Of a stretch of DNA of 64,000 bases, positions 28,852 through 39,753 are shown piece by piece. A program made the position numbers and the translations under genes. Location: contig CAYRON010000003.1 in the NCBI GenBank assembly GCA_964425885.1, positions 122,567 through 186,566 on the forward strand, given 5' to 3'. Position 1 is the stretch's first letter, and each line of letters opens with the position of its first letter. Under the pieces are notes generated by a model. The model searched no databases. It saw only the letters and a program-made list of their open reading frames with translations, and had not been told where the DNA came from. Origin of the DNA: an uncultured Salinibacterium sp. Lineage in GTDB: Bacteria; Actinomycetota; Actinomycetes; Actinomycetales; Microbacteriaceae.

Positions 28852-29035
28852 GGCGTCAGACTCGCGGCCCGGGGTGAACGACGGGCATCGGCGGAGTGCG
28901 TGTCGGGTGAACAGTGTGCTGGGGCCGAAGCGATCGCGACGGTATCTCCCGTGCGAGAGTGCAGTTGCGACCAGTGGTGCATTCTGGGCCGGCCAGAACT
29001 GCACTCTCGGTGAGGTGCAGTGGCAGAATCTACAG

Positions 29036-30097
29036 ATGGATGCCCGGTACTCCCGTCAGGTCGCCTTGCCCGGGTTCGGCGTCGCAGCGCAGCAGCGGCT
29101 CCGGGACGCACGCGTGCTCGTCATTGGGGCAGGTGGCCTCGGCAGCTCGGTGCTCCCCGCCCTGGCGGGCTCGGGAGTCGGCACAATCGGTGTCATCGAC
29201 GATGACACCGTCGAGGCGAGCAATCTGCACCGCCAGCACATCCACGGCATGGACGATATCGGCCGCTCGAAGACCGAGTCCGCCGCCGACTCCATCGCGG
29301 CCCTCAACCCCACGACGATCGTCGTCGCGCGACGAGACCGGCTGACGTCGGCCAACGCCCTCGCGATCTTCGCCGAGTACGACCTCGTGATCGATGGATC
29401 CGACAACTTCGCCACGCGCTACCTTGCGTGCGACGCGGCTCTGATCACGGGCATCCCGCTCGTGTGGGGTTCCGTCTCCCAGTACAGCGGGCAGGCCAGC
29501 GTGTCGTGGCCAGGCGGGGCGCCCAACTACCGTGACCTGTTCCCTGCGCCTCCGCCACCGGGCGCGGTGCTCTCGTGCGAGGTGGGCGGGGTGCTGCCCA
29601 CCGTCGTCGGGGTGATCGGGTCGATCATGGCGACAGAGGCGATCAAGATCCTCACAGGAGTCGGCGAGCCCCTCCGCGGAACGGTCACCCTGTTCGACGG
29701 TCTCACTGGCGAGTTCTCCTCCCTCCAGTACCTGCCTGATCCACTTGCGACGCAAGTCACACGACTCGTCGACTACGAGGCGCTCTGCGGCACCGACACG
29801 GTCACACCCGAGGATCTCGCCGCTCGCACCGATGACTACCTCCTTCTCGACGTTCGCGAGCCATGGGAGGCGGAGATCGCGAGCCTTCCGGGCTCCGTGC
29901 TCATCCCCCTCGGCGAGCTCCCCCGCTCCCTCGGAACCCTCGACCAGGCACGCCCCGTCGTCGTGTACTGCCACCACGGGGTGCGCTCGGCGAGTGCGCG
30001 ACAGCTCCTCGCCGACCACGGCTTCCGCGCGAGCCATCTCGCTGGCGGCATTGACACGTGGGCCCGCCGCGTCGACCCGACACTCGCGAGGTACTGA
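29036..30097 (+). CDS. moeB: Molybdopterin-synthase adenylyltransferase with rhodanese domain (MoeB/MoeZ)
   Basis: RYSRQ, GAGGLG, SNLHRQ, DGSDNF; rhodanese CHHGVRS. Confidence 0.9.
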   Translation: MDARYSRQVALPGFGVAAQQRLRDARVLVIGAGGLGSSVLPALAGSGVGTIGVIDDDTVEASNLHRQHIHGMDDIGRSKTESAADSIAALNPTTIVVARRDRLTSANALAIFAEYDLVIDGSDNFATRYLACDAALITGIPLVWGSVSQYSGQASVSWPGGAPNYRDLFPAPPPPGAVLSCEVGGVLPTVVGVIGSIMATEAIKILTGVGEPLRGTVTLFDGLTGEFSSLQYLPDPLATQVTRLVDYEALCGTDTVTPEDLAARTDDYLLLDVREPWEAEIASLPGSVLIPLGELPRSLGTLDQARPVVVYCHHGVRSASARQLLADHGFRASHLAGGIDTWARRVDPTLARY

Positions 30098-31311
30098 TGG
30101 TGACCTCCGTCGACGAGCACGCCGCGATCGTTGCTGGGCTGGTCAGACCGCGACTCGCCGGCATCCCCTCGGAACGCGTTCCCCTCCTCGACGCACTCGG
30201 CAGGGTCACGTCGGTCGATGTGCTCTCGCCCGTCGACCTGCCGCTCTTCCGCAACTCACAGATGGACGGTTTCGCCGTCCGGGCCGCGGATGTCGCTGCC
30301 GCCCCGGTCACTCTCCCCGTTGCTGGCATCATCGCGGCCGCAGCCGGCATTCCGCCCGCCCTTGAACCGGCGACGGCGCTGCGCATCATGACGGGCGCCC
30401 CCGTTCCGGATGGCGCCGACGCGGTCGTTCCCGTAGAGGACACCGAGGCGGCCGCCACTGATTCCGGCGATGCCGTCACCATCTCGCGGGGACGCGCGGT
30501 CGGTGAGTACGTGCGCGAACGCGGGTCGGACATCCGCGCGGGCGACCTTCTGCTGCCCGCAGCCACGACCCTCGCCCCGCGACACCTGGCCGCCCTCGCC
30601 GCCACGGGAGTCGCCGACGCCGAGGTGCGCGGACGAGCACGCATCGCGATCGTCACGACGGGTGCTGAACTCGTCGAACCGGGCAACGAAGCCGGCGCGG
30701 GCCAGATCTACGACTCGAACGCCGTCGCTCTCATTGCCGCAGTTCGTGCTACTGGCGCACAGGTCATGCTCGCGCGACAGGTCACCGACGACCCGGCCGT
30801 GCTACTCGCCACTCTCGACGAGGCGGCCAGCGTTGCCGACGTCGTCGTCACCTCCGGCGGCATCTCGCACGGCGACTTCGAGGTCGTGCGAGACCTCCTC
30901 GAGCCACGTGGCGCTCGCGTCGGCCACGTTGCGATGCAACCCGGGGGCCCTCAGTCGACGGCCGTGTTCGAGGGCGTGCCCGTGATCTCGTTCCCCGGCA
31001 ACCCGGTGAGCACCCAGCTGTCGTTCGAGGTTTTTCTCGCACCACTGTTGCGCGACCTCGCCGGCATCCCGGCACCCCGACGCGAGCGCCGCTGGTTGGC
31101 TGGTGCTGTGCGCTCGGTGCTCGGCAAGCGGCAGTTCCTGCGCGGGCGAGCACTCCCCGGCGATCCCGGCGCGCCGGGCTTGGTCGAGATCGTGGCTGGC
31201 CCTGGCTCCCACCTCGTTGCCGGGCTCGCGGCATCCGACCTGCTCGTGGTCATCCCCGAGGAGGTCACCTCCCTCGCGGCGGGCGAGTCCGTGGAAACAT
31301 GGGCGCTATGA
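30097..31311 (+). CDS. moeA: Molybdopterin molybdotransferase
   Basis: NSQMDGFA, IMTGAPVP, TSGGIS.G, PGNPVS. Confidence 0.93.
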   Translation: MVTSVDEHAAIVAGLVRPRLAGIPSERVPLLDALGRVTSVDVLSPVDLPLFRNSQMDGFAVRAADVAAAPVTLPVAGIIAAAAGIPPALEPATALRIMTGAPVPDGADAVVPVEDTEAAATDSGDAVTISRGRAVGEYVRERGSDIRAGDLLLPAATTLAPRHLAALAATGVADAEVRGRARIAIVTTGAELVEPGNEAGAGQIYDSNAVALIAAVRATGAQVMLARQVTDDPAVLLATLDEAASVADVVVTSGGISHGDFEVVRDLLEPRGARVGHVAMQPGGPQSTAVFEGVPVISFPGNPVSTQLSFEVFLAPLLRDLAGIPAPRRERRWLAGAVRSVLGKRQFLRGRALPGDPGAPGLVEIVAGPGSHLVAGLAASDLLVVIPEEVTSLAAGESVETWAL

Positions 31312-32246
31312 CTGCCGCACTCACTCACCTCGACTCCGACGGACGCGCGCGGATGGTGGATGTCGGCGACAAGGCCATCACGCGACGTATCGCCACGGCC
31401 GGCGGGCGGTTCACGACAACTGCCGAGGTCATCGCCCTGGTTGCGGCCGACGATCTGCCGAAGGCCGATGTGCTCGCGACGGCGAGGCTCGCCGGGATCG
31501 GCGGTGCCAAGCGCACGAGCGAACTCATCCCGCTCTGCCACCAGCTCGCCCTGAGCTCGGTTACGGTGGATTTCGCATTCGGCGAGAACTGGATCGACAT
31601 CACCGCCACCGCAAAGACGACGGGCAAGACCGGCGTCGAGATGGAGGCGCTCACGGCCGTCACGGTCGCCGCGCTCACGTTGCACGACATGACCAAGGCC
31701 GTGGACCCGCACTCGGTGATCGGCGAGATCCGGCTCCTGTCGAAGTCGGGCGGGCGCACGCGACCCACGATCGTCCCCGGCACTGCAGCCGTCATCGTCG
31801 CTTCGACGGGCGGCGCCGCAAGCACCCGGGAGGACACGACCGGCCCCGTCATAGCCTCGTGGCTCGGCGAGCGCGGGTATTCCGTGCAGCACAGCGTGGT
31901 CGCCGACGCGGATGTCGCGACCGAACTCGACTCCGTGCTCGCGGCGGGCCCCGCCGTCGTGATCACCACCGGTGGCACCGGCGTCTCGCCGACGGATGCC
32001 ACGCCAGAAGCCACCCGCGCCGTGCTCGATCGCGAGCTGCCCGGCATCGCCGAGGCCATCCGCGCGCGCGGACTCGCGCACGTGCCCACCGCCGCGCTCA
32101 GCCGCGGGCTCGCCGGAGTCTCCGGCGGCTCAGTGATCGTCAACCTCCCCGGATCGAGCGGGGGCGTCACGGACGGCCTCGCCGTGCTGGGCGAGCTCCT
32201 CGAGCACGTCGTCGCCCAGGTCGCCGGTGGTGGCGCGCATGAGTGA
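31308..32246 (+). CDS. moaC: Bifunctional MoaC / MoaB-MogA protein
   Basis: MVDVGDK, LIPLCH, TGVEMEALT; C-terminal TTGGTG..P.D.TPEAT, NLPGS. Confidence 0.92.
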   Translation: MTAALTHLDSDGRARMVDVGDKAITRRIATAGGRFTTTAEVIALVAADDLPKADVLATARLAGIGGAKRTSELIPLCHQLALSSVTVDFAFGENWIDITATAKTTGKTGVEMEALTAVTVAALTLHDMTKAVDPHSVIGEIRLLSKSGGRTRPTIVPGTAAVIVASTGGAASTREDTTGPVIASWLGERGYSVQHSVVADADVATELDSVLAAGPAVVITTGGTGVSPTDATPEATRAVLDRELPGIAEAIRARGLAHVPTAALSRGLAGVSGGSVIVNLPGSSGGVTDGLAVLGELLEHVVAQVAGGGAHE

Positions 32247-32652
32247 CACCCTCGCGGTCGTCACCGAGGAGCCACTCAGCGCGGACACCTTCGAGGCGTT
32301 CGTTCTGACGTCTGCGGATGGTGCGGTCGTCACCTTCCGCGGGGTCGTGCGCAACCACGATCACGGGGAGGCGGTGTCGGCACTCGAGTACGAGGCCCAC
32401 CCCGAGGCCGAGGGGTTCCTCGCCGCGTGCTGCGCTGAGGTGAGTGACGCCAGCGGGCTACGCGTGGCGGCCGGCCACAGGACGGGCTCGTTGCAGGTCG
32501 GCGATGTTGCGCTCGTGGCATCCGTTGCCGCCCCTCACCGCGCGGAGGCGTTCGCTGCGTGCGAACAGCTCGTCGAGCTCATCAAGCAGCGCGTGCCGAT
32601 CTGGAAGCGCCAGCACCTCGCCGACGGCGTGACGGAGTGGGTCGGGCTGTAG
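32239..32652 (+). CDS. moaE: Molybdopterin synthase catalytic subunit
   Basis: GAVVTF.GVVR, HR.EAF, PIWK. Confidence 0.92.
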   Translation: MSDTLAVVTEEPLSADTFEAFVLTSADGAVVTFRGVVRNHDHGEAVSALEYEAHPEAEGFLAACCAEVSDASGLRVAAGHRTGSLQVGDVALVASVAAPHRAEAFAACEQLVELIKQRVPIWKRQHLADGVTEWVGL

Positions 32653-34098
32653 CTAACCGAAGCGTCGCACGGCCCGCTGATCGAGGGATGCCGCCTCCCA
32701 CCCCGGCGACCCGAGCGTGGCGTACCGAACCCATGCTGTGTGCATGTCGGCGGAGAGTGCCGCCGGCGGCGCTGACGTGCCGAGCAGGCCGTTCTCCCCA
32801 TGGAGCTCTGCAACATCGGTTCGATCGAACACGAACGGCAGCTCCATGAGGTGACTCGAGCGCAGTTGGCCCGCGACGGCGTTCGACCCCCACTCGAACC
32901 TGTAGACGTGCGTGGCGGCTTCGGTGTGCGCCGCGTGCGCGTCGGCGAGCGCACGCGTACCCGCGCCGAACATGCCGTCGCTGAGGATGCCCACCCGAAG
33001 CTGCTCGAGCGAGAGCGATTCCCGACCGGAACGGTACGTACCGACGTGCTCCTCCGGTCTGTCGGTGAACAGCGCCGCCGCCGCAAGGAGGTCGGACTCC
33101 GTCGTGCCCGCGAGCTGCCCCTGGGGCGCGACATACAGAGTGCTCTCGTCCGCGTTGTCCCCGATGAGCAGGTCCGGGATGTGGCCCGCCGCAGTGATGA
33201 GCGACCGGGCTGGCTGCTCGTCGAGTACGAGCCCGAACACGGTGATCCCTCCGAGTGGACGTGGCGCGTCCGGTGTCGTCAGGTCGAGGTGCGCAACCGT
33301 GGGAACCACGGAGACGAAGTCCTCGTCGGACACGTCGGCAAGCGCCGCGGCCGTTGGCGCCCGTCCGAGCAACTCCCCGACCCGATCGCTCACCATGGCC
33401 GCTTGCTGCGTCGTGAAAGCACCTGTTCCGCTGCCGCTCTGCACGATCGCGCGACGGAACAGCCCGTTGACCGTCGTGTCCGTGAGCAGACTCGACACGA
33501 TGATCGCCCCCGCCGACTGCCCCATGAGCGTCACGTTGCCTGGATCGCCGCCGAACTGGGCGATGTTGTCGTGGATCCATCGGAGCGCTGCCGCGATGTC
33601 GAGCATCCCCCGGTTGTCGGGCGCATCGGGCACGTGGAGGAAGCCACTCACGCCGAGGCGATAATTCGCCGTGACGAAGACCACCCCATCACGAGCGAAC
33701 GCCGAGCCGTCATACACGGGGCCACCGGTCGATCCCGCGATGAAGGCACCGCCGTGCACGAAGAGCACGACGGGCGCGGGCGCCGTCGTCTCGCGCGGTG
33801 ACCAGATGTCGACGGTCAGGTAGTCGTCGCCCCGCACCCACCCCGCACCGAAGAAGGGTGACAGGTCGAGGTCACCGAGCCGGGAACGGAAGGGCTGCGG
33901 TGCGGTGGGGCCAGCGATGCGGGCATCCCGTTCCCCCTCCCACGGTTCATGGGGCGACGGAGCGGCGAACCGCGACGCTCCGCTCGGCGGGGCGGCGTAC
34001 GGCACCCCGCGGTAGGTCAGCGCGTGCTCGGTGACGCTTCCGCGAACCAGCCCGGCGGATGTTGCGACGAGGGCTTCGTCGATCGAGGTGGCGCTCAC
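32653..34098 (-). CDS. Carboxylesterase type B
   Basis: HGGAF, FGGDP.NVT..GQSAG, H..E. Confidence 0.92.
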   Translation of the reverse strand: MSATSIDEALVATSAGLVRGSVTEHALTYRGVPYAAPPSGASRFAAPSPHEPWEGERDARIAGPTAPQPFRSRLGDLDLSPFFGAGWVRGDDYLTVDIWSPRETTAPAPVVLFVHGGAFIAGSTGGPVYDGSAFARDGVVFVTANYRLGVSGFLHVPDAPDNRGMLDIAAALRWIHDNIAQFGGDPGNVTLMGQSAGAIIVSSLLTDTTVNGLFRRAIVQSGSGTGAFTTQQAAMVSDRVGELLGRAPTAAALADVSDEDFVSVVPTVAHLDLTTPDAPRPLGGITVFGLVLDEQPARSLITAAGHIPDLLIGDNADESTLYVAPQGQLAGTTESDLLAAAALFTDRPEEHVGTYRSGRESLSLEQLRVGILSDGMFGAGTRALADAHAAHTEAATHVYRFEWGSNAVAGQLRSSHLMELPFVFDRTDVAELHGENGLLGTSAPPAALSADMHTAWVRYATLGSPGWEAASLDQRAVRRFG

Positions 34099-34988
34099 AG
34101 CCGATCGAATCCCGCCCAGTTGCGGATGCCGAAACCGGCATCCCGGCGCTCGATCTCAAGGGCACCGTGACCGCTGAAGTGCGCGGGCAGCACGAGCGCG
34201 TTGGAGTCGGCCGCCCACCCGAGCAACCGACGACGGGTCGCGACGGCGCCGGCGGGATCCTCGCAGAAGCAGCTGTTGTGGTCGACGTGCGAGACCTGGA
34301 TCGGGGAATGCATGAGGTCGCCAGCGAAGAGCGCACGATCGGCACCACTCGACAGCACGATGACGCTCGAGCCTGGCGTGTGCCCCGGCGCCGCCTCGAG
34401 CGTGAGGGGCCCGTCGATGACGTGCGTGCCCTCCCACAGCTGCACCTGCCCGGCGGCGGCTACCGGAGCCACGCTGTCTTCGTAGACGTTCTCATTGACG
34501 CCGCCGGTGATGTTCGGGTTGTTTGCGGGGTTCCAGAACTCGAAGTCGGCCTTCGGCATGAGGTACGTCGCGTTGGGGAAAGTCGGATGCCACTCGCCAT
34601 CGACGAGCATGGTGTTCCACCCGACGTGATCGACGTGCAGGTGCGTGTTCACCACGAGGTCCACCTCCGACGGCGCAACACCGGCAGCGGCCAGCGTGCC
34701 GAGGAAGTCGAGGCTGAGGTGGTCCCAGACGTCGACCGCCGGCCGGGACTTGTCGTTGCCCACTCCGGTATCGATGAGAATCGTCCTGCCCTCGCTGCGC
34801 AAGAGCCACGTCTGCATCGCGACCTGCACCATCTCACCGCTGGCATCGAGATGGTCGGGCGCGAGTTCGCCGTGCTCACCCCAGGCGGTTTCGGGAACGG
34901 TCGGGAAGAAGGCCGACGGCGGCATGATCGGGCCGTGCATCTCCTCGAGGCGCGTCACCGTGACATCGCCCAGCGTTATCTGGTTCAT
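34095..34988 (-). CDS. Metallo-beta-lactamase-fold hydrolase
   Basis: THLHVDHVG, PGHTPG, GD..H, PAH. Confidence 0.92.
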   Translation of the reverse strand: MNQITLGDVTVTRLEEMHGPIMPPSAFFPTVPETAWGEHGELAPDHLDASGEMVQVAMQTWLLRSEGRTILIDTGVGNDKSRPAVDVWDHLSLDFLGTLAAAGVAPSEVDLVVNTHLHVDHVGWNTMLVDGEWHPTFPNATYLMPKADFEFWNPANNPNITGGVNENVYEDSVAPVAAAGQVQLWEGTHVIDGPLTLEAAPGHTPGSSVIVLSSGADRALFAGDLMHSPIQVSHVDHNSCFCEDPAGAVATRRRLLGWAADSNALVLPAHFSGHGALEIERRDAGFGIRNWAGFDRL

Positions 34989-35130
34989 CTCGTTCCTTTC
35001 GGCATCTGGCGGGAACGGTTTCCGTCAGTGTGTCAAGGCTCCGTGCGGTGTTCCAGCCCGTCCAGACCGGGTCAGGCGTATCCCTGAGAGGGGTAGGCCC
35101 GGCGGGGCGTGCGGTGCGACACTGGCAACT

Positions 35131-35994
35131 ATGGCCATCACAGCAGACACTGCATCCCTCGGCGGGTTCCTGCAGGCCAGTCGCGCACGCCTGGCACCCG
35201 ACGACGTCGGCCTCGCCTCGGGCTATGGCCGGCGGCAGGTACCTGGCCTGCGCCGCGAGGAGATCGCGTTGCTTGCCGGCGTCAGTTCGTCGTACTACAC
35301 GCGCCTCGAACAGGGACAGGCCCTGAATGCTTCACCGCAGGTCATCGACGCCCTCGCGCGCGCCCTCCAGCTCTCCCCTGCCGAGCACGAGCACCTCTAC
35401 ACACTGATGCGCGCGAGCTGGCAGCGGACCCCACCCTTGCGCAGCGAGCAGGTGGAGCACGTCGACCCCGCGCTGGCGGAGCTCCTGGCAAATCTCCACG
35501 GAAGCCCCGCCATGGTGGTCGGTCGGCGGCGTGACATCCTCGCCTGGAATCCCGCCGGGCATCTGCTCTTCGCTGGTCACCTCGACGCCGATTCGGTGGA
35601 TGACCCGGCTCGCCGACCGAACGCGACAGAGCTCGTCTTTCTCGACGCCCACACCCGCGAGCTCTACGTGGACTGGGAGACCAAGGCGCGCGCGAGCGTT
35701 GGCCACCTCAGGATGCTCGCGGCCATCGACCCGGATGACCCGACTCTCGTCTCCCTGATCGGTCGCCTGACCGTAGAGAGCACCGAATTCGCGAGCCTGT
35801 GGGCCACCAACCAGATCCGCACGTCGACGACGGCCGTCTACCGCATGCAGCACCCGCTCGTCGGCCGCATCGACGTCACGCAACAGCTCCTCACGAGCGC
35901 CGAGGCCGCCAGTCAGACGCTCGTGGTGTGCACGGCGCCCGTAGGCTCGCCCTCTTCCGAGGGCATCAGGATCCTTGTCGACATGGCGGCCTGA
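35131..35994 (+). CDS. XRE-family regulator with MmyB-like ligand domain
   Basis: RQVPGLRREEIA.LAGVS..YYTRLEQG; HPLVG. Confidence 0.9.
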   Translation: MAITADTASLGGFLQASRARLAPDDVGLASGYGRRQVPGLRREEIALLAGVSSSYYTRLEQGQALNASPQVIDALARALQLSPAEHEHLYTLMRASWQRTPPLRSEQVEHVDPALAELLANLHGSPAMVVGRRRDILAWNPAGHLLFAGHLDADSVDDPARRPNATELVFLDAHTRELYVDWETKARASVGHLRMLAAIDPDDPTLVSLIGRLTVESTEFASLWATNQIRTSTTAVYRMQHPLVGRIDVTQQLLTSAEAASQTLVVCTAPVGSPSSEGIRILVDMAA

Positions 35995-36023
35995 CCCCTC
36001 CCTGGCGTGCGGGGCTGGTACTG

Positions 36024-36260
36024 CTAGCCGCCCGCGAACGGTGGCAGCACGTCCACGCGAGCACCGAGCTCGCGAGTGTCGTCGCGGCTGACGATGCCGT
36101 CGACCAGGAACGATCCGGATGCCACGACCCGTGCCATCCCGTCGCCGTACCGCTCGACGAGCAGCGCCTTGAGCTGCCCGACGGTCGCGGCACCCTCGAC
36201 GTGTTCGGATGACGCGCCGGCGGCATCCCGTGCCGCGGCAAAGTAGCGAACTTCAACCAC
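36024..36260 (-). CDS. moaD: Molybdopterin synthase sulfur carrier (MoaD/ThiS)
   Basis: VRYFAAAR; C-terminal LPPFAGG. Confidence 0.92.
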   Translation of the reverse strand: MVEVRYFAAARDAAGASSEHVEGAATVGQLKALLVERYGDGMARVVASGSFLVDGIVSRDDTRELGARVDVLPPFAGG

Positions 36261-37320
36261 CGATCGCTCCCATGCTGCGCACGGGGCGCACGAAGTCGGA
36301 GCGTTCCATGCCGTGGCCGGCCTGCTTGCCCCACATGGCTGCGCGCCACCAGTCGGCAAGCTCCGCATCATCGGCGCGGCTGCGCAGGAGTGCGCGAAGG
36401 TCGGTCTCGTCGTCGCCGAACAGACACGATCGGACGGTGCCCTCCGCGGTCACGCGGGTGCGATCGCACGCCGAGCAGAAGCTTCGCGTCACGCTTGCGA
36501 TGATGCCGACCGTCGCGGGTCCGCCGTCGACGAGCCACTCCTCAGCCGGGGCGGACGGGTCTTCCCGGTGCGGCTGGGTGAGGGTGAAACGGGAGCCGAG
36601 CACGTCGAGGAGCTCCGCGGCATCCACCATGTTGTCGCGAGCCCAGGCTTCGTCGGCATCGAGGGGCATCTGCTCGATGAAACGCAGGCGCGCACCGTTC
36701 TCGAGCGACCAGGCGAGCAGGTCGACGGCGCCACCGAGCGTGTCGCGCATGAGCACGGCGTTGATCTTGAGCGGGGCGATGCCCGCGAGCTTCGCGGCCT
36801 CGATGCCCGCGAGCACGGCCGGCAGCCGGTCACGACGCGTGAGGCGTGCGAAGTGATCGCGATCCACGGTGTCCAGCGACACGTTGAGGCGGGTGAGGCC
36901 CGCGACCACGAGTCCCGCGATGCGCTTGTCGAGGCCGATGCCGTTGGTCGTCATCGAGACGCTCGCACCATCGGCGACCTCGGTCGACCGCGCGATGATC
37001 TCCTCCAGGTCGGCGCGCATGAGCGGCTCTCCGCCGGTGAAACGGATGTCACGCACCCCCAGGTCACGCACAGCAACCTGCACGAGCCGAGCGATCTCGA
37101 CCGGCGTGAGCAGGTCCTCGCGGGCAATCGCGGGGAGCCCCTCCGCCGGCATGCAGTACGTGCAGCGCAGCGAGCACTTCTCGGTGAGGGAGATACGCAG
37201 GTCGCGGGCGACGCGTCCGAAGCGATCGAGGAGGCCCGTGGCATCCGGTCGCCCGGTCGTGTCGGGGCGCTCGGTGGGCGCACGACGAATCGTCGGAAGC
37301 CCCAAACCGACGCCTGTCAT
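36253..37320 (-). CDS. moaA: GTP 3',8-cyclase
   Basis: [21 protein letters not shown]-terminal IGG. Confidence 0.96.
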   Translation of the reverse strand: MTGVGLGLPTIRRAPTERPDTTGRPDATGLLDRFGRVARDLRISLTEKCSLRCTYCMPAEGLPAIAREDLLTPVEIARLVQVAVRDLGVRDIRFTGGEPLMRADLEEIIARSTEVADGASVSMTTNGIGLDKRIAGLVVAGLTRLNVSLDTVDRDHFARLTRRDRLPAVLAGIEAAKLAGIAPLKINAVLMRDTLGGAVDLLAWSLENGARLRFIEQMPLDADEAWARDNMVDAAELLDVLGSRFTLTQPHREDPSAPAEEWLVDGGPATVGIIASVTRSFCSACDRTRVTAEGTVRSCLFGDDETDLRALLRSRADDAELADWWRAAMWGKQAGHGMERSDFVRPVRSMGAIGG

Positions 37321-37357
37321 CTCTTCACCCTAGAACGCGTTGTGGATACTCTGAACC

Positions 37358-37951
<594 letters not shown>

Positions 37952-37958
37952 GACAGCG

Positions 37959-38675
37959 TTGGTAGGCAAGTGGCTCGTGGGCACGGTCTCGGCGGTTCAG
38001 ACGCAGACGCCCAGTGGGCGCAGCATCGTTGTGTCGCTGCCCGGGTGGCCCGGCAACATCGCCGGCCAGCACGTGGATGTTCGGCTCACCGCCCCTGACG
38101 GCTATCAGGCCGTGCGTTCCTACTCGATAGCCTCCGCTGGCCCCTCGGAGATGGTGGAACTCGCGGTCGACAAGATCCCCACGGGGGAAGTCTCGCCGTA
38201 CCTCGTCGACGACCTCATGCCCGGTGACATGCTGGAACTGCGCGGCCCCCTCGGCGGCTGGTTCGTCTGGAAGCCAGAGCAGACCGGCCCGGTGCAACTC
38301 ATCGGCGGTGGCTCCGGCATCGTGCCGCTCGTGGCCATGGTGCGCTCACACGCCGACTCGGGCTCCTCGGCTCCCTTCAAGCTGCTCTACTCGGTGCGCT
38401 CCCCCGGCGATGCGTTCTACAGGGACGAACTTTCAGCGTCCGAGGGTTCCGACTTCTCGACGACGTACGTGTACACCAGGGCCGTTCCCGACGGGTGGCC
38501 CGTGGCACCAGGGCGTCTGACGAAAGACGTGCTCGCGGCATCCGTGATCCCGGCGTCGGAGAACCCGGCGATCTTCGTGTGTGGCCCGACGGCCTTCGTC
38601 GAGGCCGTGGCTACCTGGCTCGTGGAGCTCGGCTACCCAGCCGACACGATCAAGACGGAGAGGTTCGGCGGATGA
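37959..38675 (+). CDS. Ferredoxin-NADP reductase-like FAD/NAD-binding protein
   Basis: RSYSIAS, GEVS, GGGSGIVP, CGP. Confidence 0.88.
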   Translation: MVGKWLVGTVSAVQTQTPSGRSIVVSLPGWPGNIAGQHVDVRLTAPDGYQAVRSYSIASAGPSEMVELAVDKIPTGEVSPYLVDDLMPGDMLELRGPLGGWFVWKPEQTGPVQLIGGGSGIVPLVAMVRSHADSGSSAPFKLLYSVRSPGDAFYRDELSASEGSDFSTTYVYTRAVPDGWPVAPGRLTKDVLAASVIPASENPAIFVCGPTAFVEAVATWLVELGYPADTIKTERFGG

Positions 38676-38923
38676 CACACCTCGATGGCAACGTACTCGC
38701 TGGCCCACTCTCGGAGCTCTTCCGCGACGACATGACCACCGCGACCGGCCGGTGCGCACACTGCGGCGACGTCTCCGTGCTCGCGGAGGCCGTGGTGTGG
38801 GACGCAGCACCGGGATGGTGCGTGCGCTGCCACGTGTGCGGCGACGTGCTCATGACCCTCGTGCAGACGGGGTCACGCTTGCGCGTCGACCTCCGCGGCG
38901 TGACGGCGCTGGAGGTCGGGTAG
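38672..38923 (+). CDS. DUF6510-like small CxxC...CxxC protein
   Basis: LDGN..AG.L, CAHCG, RCHVCG; ATGA coupling. Confidence 0.8.
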   Translation: MTHLDGNVLAGPLSELFRDDMTTATGRCAHCGDVSVLAEAVVWDAAPGWCVRCHVCGDVLMTLVQTGSRLRVDLRGVTALEVG

Positions 38924-38955
38924 CCGCCGCCCGTAATGCGCGCGACACACTAATC

Positions 38956-38973
38956 ATGTTGACTGCATGAACA
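38956..38973. promoter_or_regulatory. Candidate operator ATGTTGA-N5-TGAACA
   Basis: Matches the palindrome at 46655..46673; sits directly before ATG 38974. Confidence 0.5.
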
Positions 38974-39753
38974 ATGGATCTGGTCGGCGTTCGCGAATAC
39001 CGGGTGGCCACCACCCGGGCTGATCTCGCGTTTGCGCCCGGAGAGCGGGTCATCGGCGGTGGCACCTGGCTGTTCTCGGAGCCACAGCCGGACGTGTCTG
39101 CGGTCGTCGACCTCATGGGGCTCGGATGGGATCCCGTCGTCCGCACCGATTCGGGCCTCGAGATCGCCGCGACCTGCACGATCGCAACCCTTCGCGAGCT
39201 CCCCGATTCGCCACTCTTCCCGCTCTGCGCCGACTCGTTGCTGGCCTCGTGGAAGATCCAGCACGTCGCCACGGTCGGCGGCAACATCGCCACCGCGTTG
39301 CCCGCCGGGCCCATGACATCCCTCGCCGTCGCGCTCGATGCCGACGTCGTGCTCTGGTCGAAAGACTCCGAGCGACGGATGCCCGCCTCCGAGTTCGTGC
39401 TCGGTGTGCAGCAGACCGCACTGCTCCCCGGAGAGGTGCTGCGCTCGATCGTTTTTCCGGAGCATGCGCTCTCCTCACGACAGGGGTTCCGGCGTATCGC
39501 CTTGTCGCCACTGGGAAGGACGGGAACGCTCGTGACCGCGCGGCGAGAATCCTCCGGAGAAACGGTGTTCAGCATCACGGGAGGCACGCCGAGGCCCTAC
39601 GAGCTGAGCTTCGAGACCATCCCCGACGCCGAGACACTCGCACATGCCGTCGACGGCATAGACGACTGGTACGACGACCCACACGGCGCCCCGGACTGGC
39701 GGAGGGCAATGAGTCTGCGCTTCGCCGAAGAACTGCGGGAGGAGCTCTCGTGA
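38974..39753 (+). CDS. Xanthine dehydrogenase family FAD-binding subunit
   Basis: GGGTWL, ATVGGNI. Confidence 0.88.
   Translation: MDLVGVREYRVATTRADLAFAPGERVIGGGTWLFSEPQPDVSAVVDLMGLGWDPVVRTDSGLEIAATCTIATLRELPDSPLFPLCADSLLASWKIQHVATVGGNIATALPAGPMTSLAVALDADVVLWSKDSERRMPASEFVLGVQQTALLPGEVLRSIVFPEHALSSRQGFRRIALSPLGRTGTLVTARRESSGETVFSITGGTPRPYELSFETIPDAETLAHAVDGIDDWYDDPHGAPDWRRAMSLRFAEELREELS

Noticed and set aside
28852-29035. Moco or purine riboswitch in spacers of the Moco/purine region
   Set aside because: Spacers are short and I could not recognise the conserved aptamer cores; a cmscan would be needed to exclude them fully.
39126-39749. 1078-aa XDH ORF start at 39126
   Set aside because: The first 208 codons overlap the FAD-subunit gene in another frame; GTG 39750 with a GGAGGAG RBS is the credible start.
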